Shown piece by piece: positions 1 to 16,584 of a stretch of DNA of 64,000 bases. This DNA is from the human T2T-CHM13v2.0 reference genome, Homo sapiens: NCBI RefSeq assembly GCF_009914755.1, contig NC_060930.1; one strand, given 5' to 3'. The position numbers and the translations under genes are program-made. The stretch's first letter is position 1; each line of letters begins with the position of its first letter. Below the pieces are notes generated by a model. It was not told the DNA's origin and did not search any database. It saw only the letters and a program-made list of their open reading frames with translations.

Positions 1-490
1 GCCACCGCGCCCGGCTGAGCCCATTCTCTTAATGACCTCACTGTATGTATGCCTCTTCCTTATTGATTTATTCGATTAAAAATATGTTGAGTCACTGCTG
101 TGTGCTGAACTCGTTCCAGATGTTGGAGAGAGACAGTGACGCAAAGGACCAGACCTGGTTCTCACAGAGTCTACACTCCGGTGTGAAGGGTCTGAAAGTA
201 TGTGGGAAGCGGGAGAGAGGAAGAAAGAGGAGCGGAACTGCCGACCCACTCTATGGGAACTCTGTATTGAACCATTTGAGGAAGGGCCAGGCTGTTTCCC
301 AAAAGCAGCTGCACCATTTTGTATTTCACCAACCAAGCGTGTGGGGTGCAATTTCTCTACATCCTCGCCAACACTTCTCTAACATTTTGATTGTAGCTGT
401 GATGAGATGCATTCTAAATTTCTGATATAATTACTTCTCAAACAAAACCATCGAATCATGTCAAATCAATCTGACTTAAAAGAGAAAGTC

Positions 491-809
491 TTTTTTTAAT
501 TAAGTTAAAAATTTATTGACATTCTGATTGTGAAAAACTCTAACATTGCTTTTAATTTATCATAGGAGTTACTTCCCAAAAATGTTAATCACAGCTGGAT
601 TGAAAGAGTCTTTGGGAAATGGGGCAATGTTGTTTATGTAGGTATACCACATTATAAGTCTACTGGAGATCCAAAGGGATTTGCGTTTGTGAAATTTGAA
701 ACAAAAGAACAAGCAGCAAAAGCAATTGAGGTAGGACCAGATCCTTTTGAAGAAAACAATTTCTTTACCTTCCTGAATTAGTTCCCAAAGATTCCTGTTC
801 TCCTCCAGA
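491..809 (-). pseudogene. MIR302CHG: Processed retrocopy, probably of the spliced miR-302/367 cluster host lncRNA that lies antisense to LARP7
   Basis: On - strand: poly(A) remnant (T7 at 491-497), AATAAA (TTTATT 512-517), a LARP7 exon in antisense with intronic flanks, and an abrupt switch at 743/744 (CAAAAG|GATCTGG) to a ~65-nt segment resembling the host-gene first exon as I recall it. Confidence 0.7.
566..730 (+). pseudogene. LARP7: Isolated LARP7 exon (RRM1 part), 165 nt, phase 0-0
   Basis: Translates [55 protein letters not shown], about 4 substitutions from LARP7; flanked by tttatcatAG and GTagga; no other LARP7 exons seen. Confidence 0.93.
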
Positions 810-2010
810 AGGAGCTCTGATGAACCTCGACACAGGCTGCAGAGCTCCTCTTTGTGTTCCTGTGAGGACAATGGTTGTGCCCTACCAGGCACTTAGTGTC
901 CAGGGCACCCACCAGCTCTTTGCAGACAAGTTTCCCAGATGGTCTTTAAATGATCAACCAGGCTCGCTTTCATGGCAAGACCCTTCCTCCCACGGCTTCC
1001 CCCCGGCTGTGTCAGTGAAAACAAGGTAAAACATTAGCTTTGTTATTCAGCCAACAGAAAGCCTCTGGGAGGTGTATGCTGATTTTCTTTCTTTTCTATA
1101 CATTTACATTTTACAAGGGTCATAGCTCATTAAGACAAAAGTAGATCACCAGCGCATTTAACTTTGACCAGAAAAAAGGCACGCCTTTTTAAGTGGCCTA
1201 CATAAGATCTGTGGTCATTTTTAGATTAAACAAATGCAAAATACATTATTTTATATCGGGGCATATTTTTCTATCTTAAATACAATTTTTACTTTTTACA
1301 AGATGCGTTCCAACTCTTGGGAATATTTATTATTAAAAACGGGGCCTAAAACAAATAAGCAGTGTGTAATAAGCAAGTGGTATGTCCACTCAGCAACTGA
1401 GTTACCATATAGTACATAAAGTAACTGTAATCCCTGAAACTCCCAGTATACACAGCTAACCTCAGCCAATACATATTCCTGAAGAGAGATTGCTACAAGC
1501 CAAACTGTGATATCTAACAGGAACAAAGAACTGACTGTATACATTTGGACTCCCCATTTTACTTTGTTATGATTAAAGTATTGCCTTTAATGCAATAAAA
1601 AAAAAAAACCAAGCATATTTGCATTCAAGCTCAAAAAAGGAGTAAGGCGGGATTAAAACCATGGCTTCACGCTATTTTAACTATGAAAGAACATCAATCA
1701 ATAAAACGTAACTGAAAAATTCTTACTTGAAGAATTCTTTAGATAGCAGTAACATCAAATTCTTGTTTTATGTTTTTTCACTTAGTGTTCTGATTCACAA
1801 CTATTTTTTTCTTGTTGGCAACTCCCACTGACTCCAACTTAAATAAATAAAGTTTGTTTTGAGATGAGTTTCCATGGTAAGACACTACTTTAAAGCCGAT
1901 AATGCACTCAGTATGATACAGTTCCTCCACATTTTCTTTTCGCCAGATAGGTAGAATATCTCACATTCCCCTTACAACAACTTTGTAGCTTTCTACATAA
2001 CACTATATTA

Positions 2011-2385
<375 letters not shown>

Positions 2386-2512
2386 GTAAACACCTCCCTG
2401 CCCTACCCACTCCAAGCACCATGAAAGTATAAACTTCCCTTTGCTGAAAAGGTTGAGGTAAAAAATTAATAATTTTTCATACAGGAAAAGACCTTTGAGA
2501 TGATCTGTAGGC

Positions 2513-2688
2513 CACCGGTTCTCAACATGGGGTGCTCAGACAATACGCAAACTTACGAGGAAGGCAAATTCTCAGGCCCCACCTGAACCTAGTGAACCAG
2601 AAACTTAGGGGACATTGGGCACAGCCAAGTCCTTTCTAACAAGCCTCCAGGTGATTCTGATGCATGCCAGAAAGTTTGAGAACCACTG
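2513..2688. mobile_element. MER5A-like hAT-Charlie MITE nested in a MIR remnant
   Basis: Termini CACCGGTTCTCAA ... TTGAGAACCACTG, internal AAGCCTCCAGGTGATTCTGATGCA, flanks ctgtaggc/atttaggc. Confidence 0.85.
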
Positions 2689-3511
2689 ATTTAGGCCAAA
2701 TCACCAATTTACAATGGAAGCCTCTAAACTACTGACAAGTTAGTGATTTGCCTAAAATTGTTAATGTCAAAATTGAGATTAGATTCCAAGTCTCTTAACT
2801 TCAATTAGTTCCAGTTTGCAGACTCTAACACCGTGAAATACATCAAAGAAAATCTCAACTCCTTCCCCGCTTTGACCCTACCTGAGCAGCCATACCTGGT
2901 TCAGAGTTTCCAAGTTCCAAACAAAACGGGAATCAGCAAAGAGAACTTGGTGATACTTGTTTGCAAAATCCTGCCCCAATTCTTTTATTTACAGGATCTG
3001 TTGTATAGTAAACAGAGTATTGAATTGAACCCTGGAGGATTCCATTCTGGTTCTGTCCCTAACCACAACACCACCCCCTCCTCTTACATTGTCTATGAAC
3101 ATAAGAGAGATGTATTAGATTGTACAGTATGCAAATTTAAGATTCTCTAGAGCTCAGAAATTTCATGATTCCCTGAGCCTGACTGCTAAACAAGTTTTCT
3201 CATTGTCACCATGTCAGATACTATAAGTCCATTTTCTGGTGACCAGAACATCTGGATTCCTAATGCTTTTATTTCCCCCTTTTCCATCCCCAACCTATGC
3301 TCTATACAATGGCTAATGTGCTACCATTGTTCAAATGTCGAACCATAATATGGTTGTGATCATGAAGGCAGAATTTAAAGAAGGAATCGTAAAATTAATC
3401 AGGAGATAAAGATTGCCAAAAAATAAACATTTTAACTTCCTCAAGAATGGAAATTGAACATGCTTGGAGGTTCAAGCTGAATTAATCTCAGAGTTTACTC
3501 TATGGATTTGA

Positions 3512-3829
<318 letters not shown>

Positions 3830-4341
3830 TAATTATTAAAGCAAATAGTGTTCTAATATAGATTAAAATATTGGCAATTGGCAAAGTCTGCTGCTTTCCA
3901 GCTTGCTCGTGTGGCATCATTTATTGATAGACACAGAACTCAATACAGAGGTGTCATTAACATCTACATAACTTATATCTTCACTTTAACTGAACAGGAA
4001 TAATACGGAAAATTGTATCACCTGGACTGCCAAAGAGAGTCACAGCAACACAGAGAAGACTATATATTCCAAGGATTGCAATCATGTTGCTCTCTGCTCA
4101 TATTTTCAAACTGAGAATCTGGATAGAACATGAACAGTTGGATTGTGGATGCATTTCTTGTACCTTAAATCGGGGAGACAGCATCACTAAAAAACTCTCA
4201 CATAATCTCTTTCCATCTCTTCTTATGAGTCTTCTACTAACTGCTATTAACAGGAAAAGGACACTTTCCAAGATAGGCCAAAAAGAGCTGTGTTGTTGAA
4301 GATGTATTTTTCTCCCTTTCAGCAGAGACATTACTTCCTAA

Positions 4342-4714
<373 letters not shown>

Positions 4715-4969
4715 AAACCCTTTTTAAGGATAAACAACTTTAACAAATAAAGAAATAAGTTAATGAAGTCTCAAGTTGCTAAATTAAATTTGAAAGTATG
4801 TGAAATTAACAAAGGGAAGGAAAAATAACAGTCCTTCAGGAAATTTCACAAGTTGTTTCATTAAAATAAGCTACAGTGATTTATAGAAAAGAAAAACTGA
4901 AATCAGTATCACAATGGATTAAATTAGCTTCTTTTGTTAATAGCTACATGAAAACACTATACATTTTTT

Positions 4970-5108
4970 CTTTTACTTATTATTTTTTAATAGAGATGGG
5001 GTCTCGCTATGTTAACCAGGCTGGTCTTGAACTCCTGGCCTTAAGCAATCCTCCCATCTCAGCCTCCCAAAGTGTTGGGATTACAGTCATGAGCCACTGC
5101 TCCCAGCC
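4970..5108 (-). mobile_element. FLAM/Alu left monomer
   Basis: Monomeric Alu reverse complement. Confidence 0.88.
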
Positions 5109-5422
5109 ATTTTATTTTCTTATAGAAAGAAACTAAGAAGTACAAAATATGTTTAATTCACTTAATTACGTCATCCAAAAATCATGGACATTGAGAAAAT
5201 AAAAGCACAGTATTTCAATGGTGCTATTATGCATATTAGTTGTGCAAAGGAAACTACCTAGAAGGGAAATTTGTAAGTAGTTCTTTAGGATTTTTAAGTA
5301 GTTCTTTAGGACAGGAATATTTTATGCATACTAAATGCTGTCAATATATGTTTTCTTAATGGGTAGAAAAAGAATGAACTGGGTAACTAAATCTATTAAA
5401 ATAAATCCTAGTTGAGGCCTAG

Positions 5423-5754
<332 letters not shown>

Positions 5755-5761
5755 TATTCAT

Positions 5762-6055
5762 CTATTTTGAGACGGGACCTTGCTCTGTCACCCAGGTTAG
5801 AGTATAGTGACCCGATCATGGCTCACTGAAGCCTCGACTTCCTGGGTTCAATCGATCCTCCCACCTAAGCCTCCCGAGTAACTTGGAATACAGGCACATG
5901 CTACCATACCCAGCTAATTATTTTATTTTATTTTTTTGTAGAGATGGGGTCTTACTATATCACCTAGGCTAGTCCTGAATTCCTGGGCTCAAGCGATCCT
6001 CCCGCCTTTGCCTCCCAAACTGGCGGGATTATAGATAGGAACCACTGTGCCCAGC
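5762..6055 (-). mobile_element. AluJ
   Basis: Diverged Alu reverse complement next to the AluY. Confidence 0.9.
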
Positions 6056-6877
6056 TGCCATATAAATTATATATCGAAACACTGCATGCCAGCCTATTCC
6101 TCACTCCCTCAAATTGGATATGACCTAACCCCATGGCCCTCTGTAAAGGAAACCTACATATGGATTGGAAGTAAATTGGCATTGGAACCCTTCTGTCCCT
6201 TTTACACAGCACAGTCAATTCAGAGTCCCCAGCCTGGACCAGGCTCACGTCCGTCTTTGCAGTGGATGGGGAAGGACAGTGTCACTAGAGAAGCCTCCTA
6301 CCCAGGGCGGCCTGGGAACAGCTCCCTTGAGTGCTGTTTTCCTGTCAAGTCTTATCATTGTAATAGGACTTCTGTTGTTTTTGGACTCTGTACAGAGAGA
6401 CTTTCAGTTTTCAATGAAACAGTTGGCTTAAAAAAATGCTTCAAGGGGGAAAAAAACATAACTGAATCACAGCAAGGCCCTCAGAAGTCATAGCCCTTGA
6501 TCTTCCTTAGCCTCCTCGGCGGCAGCTTTCTAAATATTATCACTCTCCTGCCCCCAAAGCCACTCCTGCCCCAGGCCCCTGCCCTCGGATCATTTCCTCT
6601 CCTAGTTCACCAAGAGAACATCATCCAGAGAAAGGGGCTCCCTCAAGCTTCTTCTGTCCCCATTGCAAAGCTCTTTTTCTCTCCCTACCTGCTATGGTGC
6701 CGGGCATTATGCCAGGCCCTGGGCACTTATGAGCTGTGTGAATCCCAACAACAAGCCTCTGTTTTACAGAAAAGGCTCAGAGAGGTCCCGGAATTTGTCA
6801 AAGTCATAGACTGTTTCTCTGTTTACATGTTCCATTCCTTCTTGTCTGGGCCTAAAAAAAAGCATCCCAATCAAGTC

Positions 6878-7100
6878 TTTTTCTTTTTTTTTTTTTTCAG
6901 GAGGGGGACAGGATCTTGCTCTACTGCCCAGGCTAGAGTGCAGTGGCATGATGACAGCTCACTGCAACCTTGAACTCCTGGGCTCAAGCAATCCTCCTGC
7001 CTCAGCCTCCTGTAGCTGGGACTACAGGAGAACACCACTGCGCCAAGCTAATATTTTTAAAATGTTTTGCAGAGACAGGATCTTGCTTTTTGCCCAGGCT
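6878..7100 (-). mobile_element. Partial AluJ
   Basis: Poly-T, right arm and part of left arm. Confidence 0.88.
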
Positions 7101-7120
7101 TTGATCAAGTCTTAACCTCC

Positions 7121-7122
<2 letters not shown>

Positions 7123-7164
<42 letters not shown>
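7123..7164. repeat. (AC)~21 microsatellite
   Basis: Read directly. Confidence 0.98.
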
Positions 7165-7166
<2 letters not shown>

Positions 7167-7530
7167 CAATGCTGAATCCATTTTCCCACCCCTTCTGGGG
7201 ACTTCTTTATCAATCATTCAATCCTCTTGCAACTTCCCTTTTATTCTGAGCCAGGCTTCCCTTTAATGCCACATCCAAACCCATCAAGTCCTGATGGAAT
7301 TCCACTCAAAAACTGTCCTCAGCTCTACCACTTCCCAGCATCTTCACTGCCAAAACCTTAGGGCTAGTCCAAGCGCCAGCAGCTCCTGCCCCGCCCACTG
7401 CGGGCCTCCTGACTCTTCTCGCTGAGTCTCCTCTCATCTCCAATAGACGGTTCTCCAACAGTAAGCATTGTGGACTTCAGAGGAAAAAAGGAGTCTGTTC
7501 GGAGGCCCTGACATACAGGTTATAAGTGCC

Positions 7531-8256
7531 ATGGCTATGACTAGTGTCAAATTGCATGCTGGTGTTTTAAGAAAGCCAGATACCTGGATTGGACTCTCGG
7601 GTGTTCTCTGAGGAACACCTTCATCACACAAACTCTGTACTTCCTGGAATCAGTACTTGTATTTTTCTAGTACCAAGTTACATGCACCAAATTATAATAC
7701 ACTTTTCTATAACATTTTCTCACTGAGACTCCCGGGGCTTTTAATATCTCTGGAATATTTTTTTCCATTTTCCATAAGACTCAAAAGTAATATAAGCTCT
7801 ACAAAATCTACTAAAAAGTATCTGCAAAAAATAGGAGATGAGGAGGACTCTGATGCAGAAAGTGATCAGAACGAGATGAGTGAGCAGGAAGAGGAGCTTG
7901 AGGATGGCCTTACTATAGCAAAGACTATCAAGACCTGGAAACAGTAGTGCGGTCTTTTCAGGATGACGTTGTCCTGAAGACAAGCCTGGATATTGGAAGA
8001 AACAAAGTGGAAGATGCATTCTGCAAAGGTGAATTCAGGCTGAATGGGGAAAAATTATGGAAGAAAAGCAGAATGGTCAAAGTGGGAGATACATTGGATC
8101 TTCTCATTGGAGAGGATAAGGAAGCAGGAACAGAGACAGTGATGCAGATTCTCCCAAAAAAAAGTGTTTGAAGAGAAGGCTGAAAGTGAAAAATACACAG
8201 TGGTATTACAGCAGTGGAAAAACTTAAAAATGCCTAAGAAGAGAATGTCTAAATAA
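7531..8256 (+). pseudogene. MTRES1: Processed pseudogene of MTRES1 (C6orf203, mitochondrial transcription rescue factor 1)
   Basis: Intronless MAMTSVKLHAGVLRKPDTWIG...YFSSTKLHAPNYNTLFYNIFSLRLPG...DIGRNKVEDAF...KVGDTLDLLIGEDKEAGTETVM...PKKRMSK*; premature TGA 7609-7611; frameshifts near 7940 and 8160. Confidence 0.93.
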
Positions 8257-8266
8257 ACGGATTCTT

Positions 8267-8607
<341 letters not shown>

Positions 8608-8639
8608 TCACTTTTTCCCAGTTGGCCATTTTACTAACA

Positions 8640-9010
8640 TTCTTTTTTCTCAGTCTTTATCATTAGCCCTTTTCTCTACCAAAAATATATGTTCTTACTG
8701 TTCATTGGAAGGGATCTCATCCATCCCAACAGCTTCATTTATCACTCATATGTTGAAAACTCTCCAATCTATATCTCCTGTCCCAATCTCTTTAGCTCCA
8801 AGTAGATACCCACAATTTGCAAGACATAGCTTGATACTGGTAATGCATAATTACATCAAGTTAAACTTGTCCAAAATGTAGCTCATAATCAGGTTCCCAG
8901 TCTCAACTCCATTCCAGTCTTGTGTGTTACAGCATCATTCAATCAATTGCCCAAATGTGTAATCTCAGAACATTGCCTTCCATTCTCTGCTGACTTTGCA
9001 AAACCTGAGA
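8640..9010 (+). mobile_element. L2 fragment
   Basis: GATCTCATCCATCCCAACAGCTTC...CAATCTATATCTCC resembles L2 3' ORF2 region. Confidence 0.6.
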
Positions 9011-9314
9011 AGCAGAAGTAAAGAGGAGAAATGGGAAAAGAGAACTGTCAGTTTTGCATGCCACCTTAAACCATTGCTTTGCTTTGAGCTTTGCAAATAT
9101 AACAGGTTTGCAAAGTGTGTCACACACTCAAATTGAGATGTGCAGAAAATGGTAACTTCTTTATTTTAGTCCTTTCCCTAAGTCTTCAACAGTCGAAGGA
9201 AAAATTAATTAAGTTAATGCTCAAGTCTGTTAAATGCATAATACAGTCCAATGATTTAAATAGACTGTTTACGGAATGCCAAGTCTCTCTTGGAAAAAAA
9301 TGCTCAATCTCTGA

Positions 9315-9658
<344 letters not shown>

Positions 9659-10228
9659 TGATTCTTTTTTGAGAGGCTGTCCAGGTGCACAGGAGGAAGG
9701 GTGTGTAATAGAGGTACCTGTGAGGTTTCAGGGAGACACGGGTTCTCAGACCCCAGAGCATGATTCTGGAGTTGCTTGTCATGTGAGCTGTTGGTGCAGC
9801 CTGTGAGCTGGGCCTCCCAGCTTGCTCAGGACTTCACCTCACTTTGGCTCTGCTGGCAGTTTTCCCCTGAGCTTGGTGTCCAGCCTCCGAGTAGCCTCTG
9901 CCCCAGGCTCACCTCCCGCTGCCTCAGGAGGCCCCGCAACGGACCTGGCTTGTGTTCCACATAGGAATTGAAGTTGAGCCTTAAAAAATATTCACACTGC
10001 CATATATTTCTGAGGCTGTGCCCTAGAAAACGTATGGCAATAGCTCCCCTCCTTCCTCTTGGTGTAACCCACTAATTTAATTAACATCCCTGTCCCCCGC
10101 CCCCACCCCACTCCACCACCAGAGACTTAAGGACTGGCAGCTTCCCTCTCCTCCCTCTTCTTTCATTTTGCACAAACACTCTTTCTCCCTTCTCCTCCCA
10201 AGAATCCTCAGGACCAGAAAACCAGTAG

Positions 10229-10377
10229 GTTTTCTTTTTTTTTTTAATTTCTTTTTATTTTTTTAGAGACAGTGTCTTACTCTGTCTCCCAAGCTGGACA
10301 ACAGAGGTGCAATCATAGCTCACTACAGCCTCGAACTCCTGGCCTCAAGTGATCCTTCTACCTCAGCCACCCAAGTA
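10229..10377 (-). mobile_element. AluJ right-arm fragment
   Basis: Poly-T plus right arm. Confidence 0.85.
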
Positions 10378-10387
10378 CAGTGGGCTC

Positions 10388-10686
<299 letters not shown>

Positions 10687-11599
10687 CAGTGGGCTCTTTT
10701 ACTTTCCCCACATCCTGTTCCCTTTTCTGACTCCATCTATAACTGGGGGCAGGAGTGTCTCCTCTACACTGTGGGAAAATTCTAGAAGCTCACCACTCCA
10801 AGCTAAGTTATTGGCAGGCTAAAAAAAAAAAAGAATTAAAGGAATTCGGAAAATATTTTCTCAAGATACCTGTTGAGCCTGATATAAATTAAAGCTGATG
10901 AAGTGAACTGAATCTATCAGCCTAAGGAATTTTAATTGATCTTAAAGGCACACGATAGCCACTGACTTTTCCTTTCAAAGATCATTTTGGCTGCAGTGTG
11001 CAGAGTGGATTAGACACTAGTGCCTCCCAGATTTTGCACCCACAACATGCATGGAAAATGGTAATATTACATGGCACAATGGGGGAACAGGAAGAGGTGG
11101 CCCCAGACCCCACCCAGCCGCCATGAGGGTTGAGGGAATGAACACACCTGGAATCCATTCATGGTTACCCGTGGATAAAGTAGGAAGTACAGTTCTGGAA
11201 GGCAGGAAGCTAGTTAAAAGGCAATGTTAGTAATTCATGCAAGGGATAATAATTGTCTAAACATTAGTTCTTCGTAGGGTAGATATGGGGAGAAATGAAT
11301 GGATTTGAAGGATACCAATTAGATAGAACAAGCACGTTGTGTTTGATTAAATGGCTGGATAAAAGGTGGCGCTAATTCACAGACATGGAAGGAGTTTCCA
11401 AGGCAGAAAGGAAGAGAGTGCTGTTCTTGTGAGGTCCGAAGCGAGGAAGATATTACGCAGGGGCAAAGGAGTTGCTAATAACATTACCTGGAATTTTTTT
11501 CTAAGTTAGAAAATACCCTAGAGAGCATGTTAGCCAACCTACCCATTTTACAGATAATAATAATTCTTACTGTTTACTGAGTACTTCCTATTTGTGAAG

Positions 11600-12289
<690 letters not shown>

Positions 12290-13840
12290 TTAGGCAATGA
12301 TCCAGTTGCACTACGAATATCATCTCATTAATTCAGAACTAAATCTATGAGGTCGCTGGCATTATTTAAGAGTGAAGAAATGGAAGCCCTAAGAGGTAAG
12401 TAACTTGCCTGGGCAATTCAGAAATTCCATCACAGAGCCAAGATTCAGATCCTCATCTCTCCATTCCCAGGAGCAGTTGTTTTCCCATTATCTTAACGTC
12501 TCTGGAAAGAGAGTACTGTGCAATTTATTTTTTAAAGGTGCAAATCCGTATGTTTTGAAACTTCCCAAATGGTTCCATTTCATGCCCAATGCCATAGAGC
12601 CAGTTAACAGTGAGTCAGGATTAGCTCTGGGGTTCTGCCTCCCCTTCGAGTTTCTTCCCTGCGCCCTGACCTTACTTTACTGAGCAAAGTGCACATGGGA
12701 AACAGCAGTACTGCATTTTTTGTGATCCACGGAGGGTCAATGTTTTAACTTCACAGCCACAGGTCCACCTGCAGAGCCCTCCTCCTCACTCCCATGCTAT
12801 CTCTGCAGAGGCTTTGGGGAGCTACGCTTCAGCCCCACCCTTTGTCCCACAAGCACCACATTCAGTGGTCTCTACAGTGTCATCCGGAGCTAAAGGATGG
12901 GGGAAATGTGGACAATCACAGATCTTCTCTGCACTGGTTCAGATAAAGGCTATTTTTAGTCCAATTCTGTGAGGCACAGTTTTCAGATTTTGAAGATGAT
13001 TTGTATTTAATTCAATTTAAGCCTGACTTCTTGTCTTTCTCATGGTGAAAGACACAGGATGACTTTTCCCATTATTAAAGATGCAGCGTACAGGATATAC
13101 ACGGCCAAATGCCCAGGCAAAGTCAAGATGATGTCATTCCTGTGTTCAACTTAACCATGCCCTAGCCTAAGGGGAGTGACTCCTTTTACTCATAAAACAT
13201 CACAGCTTGGTGCCCGGGTTAAGCTACGCTACGTGATATGATTTCATATTTGAGCCATGGCATCTCTAATGCATTAGGCTTTTGCTAGCTTAAGCTTCTT
13301 AATGGTGTGTGTTGTTGGTATAAACAAATGCCAACCTCACCACGGCAATGTCAAATTCCTCAGATGCCTCAGCACAATTAAGAGAACAAAGTTGCTGTAA
13401 AGTAATTACACAGTATGGATTAATGTGTAATCCTGAAGAGCAATAACACCCATAGCAAGCATGAGCTCTGTTTTATTACTGAGCGAGAGAGAAGGCTGGT
13501 GGGTGGGGTGGGGGTGGGGGGGAATTCCAAAGCACAAGCATTCATTCACCTTTCTGCACAGGCCTAGCTGACACAGGACTGTTTTGGTAACTGAGTGTAA
13601 TCTAACATTCCTGAATTCTTCAGGCATAGCTGGGGCACCCTGGGAAACCCATCCCACCCCTAGGCCTGGCACTACCCAAAAAGTGTTCTCCTGGAACCTG
13701 AGAGGGGAGGTGCATGTCCTTATAAAATTTCTTCTAGGGTTTAAACTGGCAGTTCCTATAATTATCATTATTTTCTGGGAAAGAGACAAGATTTTGTTAC
13801 TTGTCTTTCTTTCATACGAGCAGAAACTGCTCTATAAGTA

Positions 13841-13993
13841 GTTTGTTTTGTTTTGTTTTGTTTTTATTGAGAGAGGGGTTTCACCATATTGCCCAGGCTG
13901 GCCTCAAACTCCTGAGCTCAAGCAATCCACCCAATACCCACCTTGGTATTCCAAACGTGCTGGGATTACAGGCGTGCACAACTGTGCCCAGCC
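13841..13993 (-). mobile_element. FLAM/Alu left monomer
   Basis: (GTTTT)n tail plus monomer. Confidence 0.85.
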
Positions 13994-14151
13994 TATATAA
14001 ATATTCTGACCACGTATATAGTCAGCAAAACAGAGTTTTAAAATTTATAATTAATCTTCAGATTTAAATGTTTTCTACTTTTTACTGCTATGTAAGGATT
14101 CTATGAAGGACATCAAATAAAAAACATTCTCCACGTTTAAAAGTGGGTTTA

Positions 14152-14680
14152 CAAAGGCATGTAAATCATTCTATTATAAAGATACTTGCACATGTATGTT
14201 TATTGCACCACTATTCACAATAGCAAAGACATGGAATCAACCTAAATGACCATCAATCATAGACTGGAAAAGAAAATGTGGTCCATATACACCATGGAAT
14301 ACTATGCAGACATAAGAAGGAATGAGATCCTGTACTTTGCAGGGATATGGATGAAGCTGGAAGCCATCATCCTCAGCAAACTAACACAGGAACAGAAAAC
14401 CAAACACCGCGCGTTCTCTCTCATAAGTGGGAGCTGAGCAATGAGAACACGTGGACACAGGGAGGGGAACAACACACACCCAGATCTGTGGGAGAGTGGG
14501 GGGAGGGAGAGAATCAGAATAAATAGCTAATGCATGTGGAGCTTAATACCTAGTGATGGGTTGATAGGTGCAGCAAACCACCACGGCACATGTTTACCTA
14601 TGTGACAAGCCTGCACATTCTGTGCATGTATCCAGAACTTAAAATAAAATTTAAAATAATAAAATTAAAAATTAAAAAAA
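14152..14680 (+). mobile_element. 5'-truncated primate L1 (older L1PA-like) 3' end
   Basis: ORF2 C-terminus (MWSIYTMEYY...LEAIILSKLTQEQKTKHR..SLISGS), 3'UTR, A tail, TSD AA(A/G)GTGGGTTTA at a TT/AAAA site. Confidence 0.95.
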
Positions 14681-14791
14681 AGGTGGGTTTAATGTGAGGG
14701 AGAAAAACAATTATCAACGTGTAAGATCAATGATCAGCCGTCCAAAGTAAATGCCTGAAAATGTGCATCTTTATGCCCCATTAGAACTTCA

Positions 14792-15168
<377 letters not shown>

Positions 15169-15319
15169 TTACTATTTCTCTAGTCATTGCAGTTTTCTTC
15201 AATGATAAATATTATTAATGAAAACAGGCATTTTAGAAGCTTAAAGGTGAATAAGAAAAGCAAGCTGCAGAAGTCTTCATACAATAAGAAACCTTTTTTG
15301 TTAAAGTTTCTATCAGGCA

Positions 15320-15668
<349 letters not shown>

Positions 15669-15738
15669 CTAGAGTAGGAAGATGATTACCAGGTGTTTGG
15701 AAGGAGTGAGCTATGGGGAAATGTAGGTCAAAGAGTCA

Positions 15739-16056
<318 letters not shown>

Positions 16057-16286
16057 TCAAAGGGGTGAATAAATCAGGAAAGCTAATTAATGTGCAACAT
16101 GAGTACTATAGCTAATATACTAGAAACTTGCTAAGAGAATAGATTTGAGGCACTCTTATCACAAGAGAGAGAGAGAAAGGGAGGAGGAAGGAAAGGGAGG
16201 AAAGAAAGGCAGGTAGCTATGCAAGGTGAGGGATTTACTTGGCTGTAGTAATAACTTCACTATATTCATGAATATCAAAACATCAA

Positions 16287-16584
16287 GGCCGGGCGCAGTA
16301 GTTCACACCTGTAATCCCAGCACTCTGGGAGGCTGAGGCGGGCAGATCGCCTGAGGTCAGGAGTTCGAGACCAGCCTGGTCAACATGATAAAACCCCGTC
16401 TTTACTAAAAATACAAAAATTAGCTGGGTGTGGTGATGCATGCGCCTGTAATCTCAGCTACCTGGGAGGCTGAGGCAGAAGAATTGCTTGAACCAAGAGG
16501 CAGAGGTTGCAGTGAGCCGAGATTGCGCCACTGCATTCCAGGCTAGGCGACAGAGCAAGACTCCATCTCAAAAACAACAACAAA
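16287..16584 (+). mobile_element. AluS
   Basis: Dimeric Alu. Confidence 0.95.

Noticed and set aside
566-730. The functional LARP7 gene
   Set aside because: Neighbouring exons and miR-302 hairpins are absent and the exon carries substitutions in conserved positions.
6047-6973. Longest ORFs in the track (148 and 158 aa)
   Set aside because: Non-ATG starts, no recognisable domain, one runs into an Alu; consistent with chance.
12611-12617. Isolated AP-1 sites (TGAGTCA), also near 27782, 37676 and 56012
   Set aside because: A few such 7-mers are expected by chance in 64 kb.
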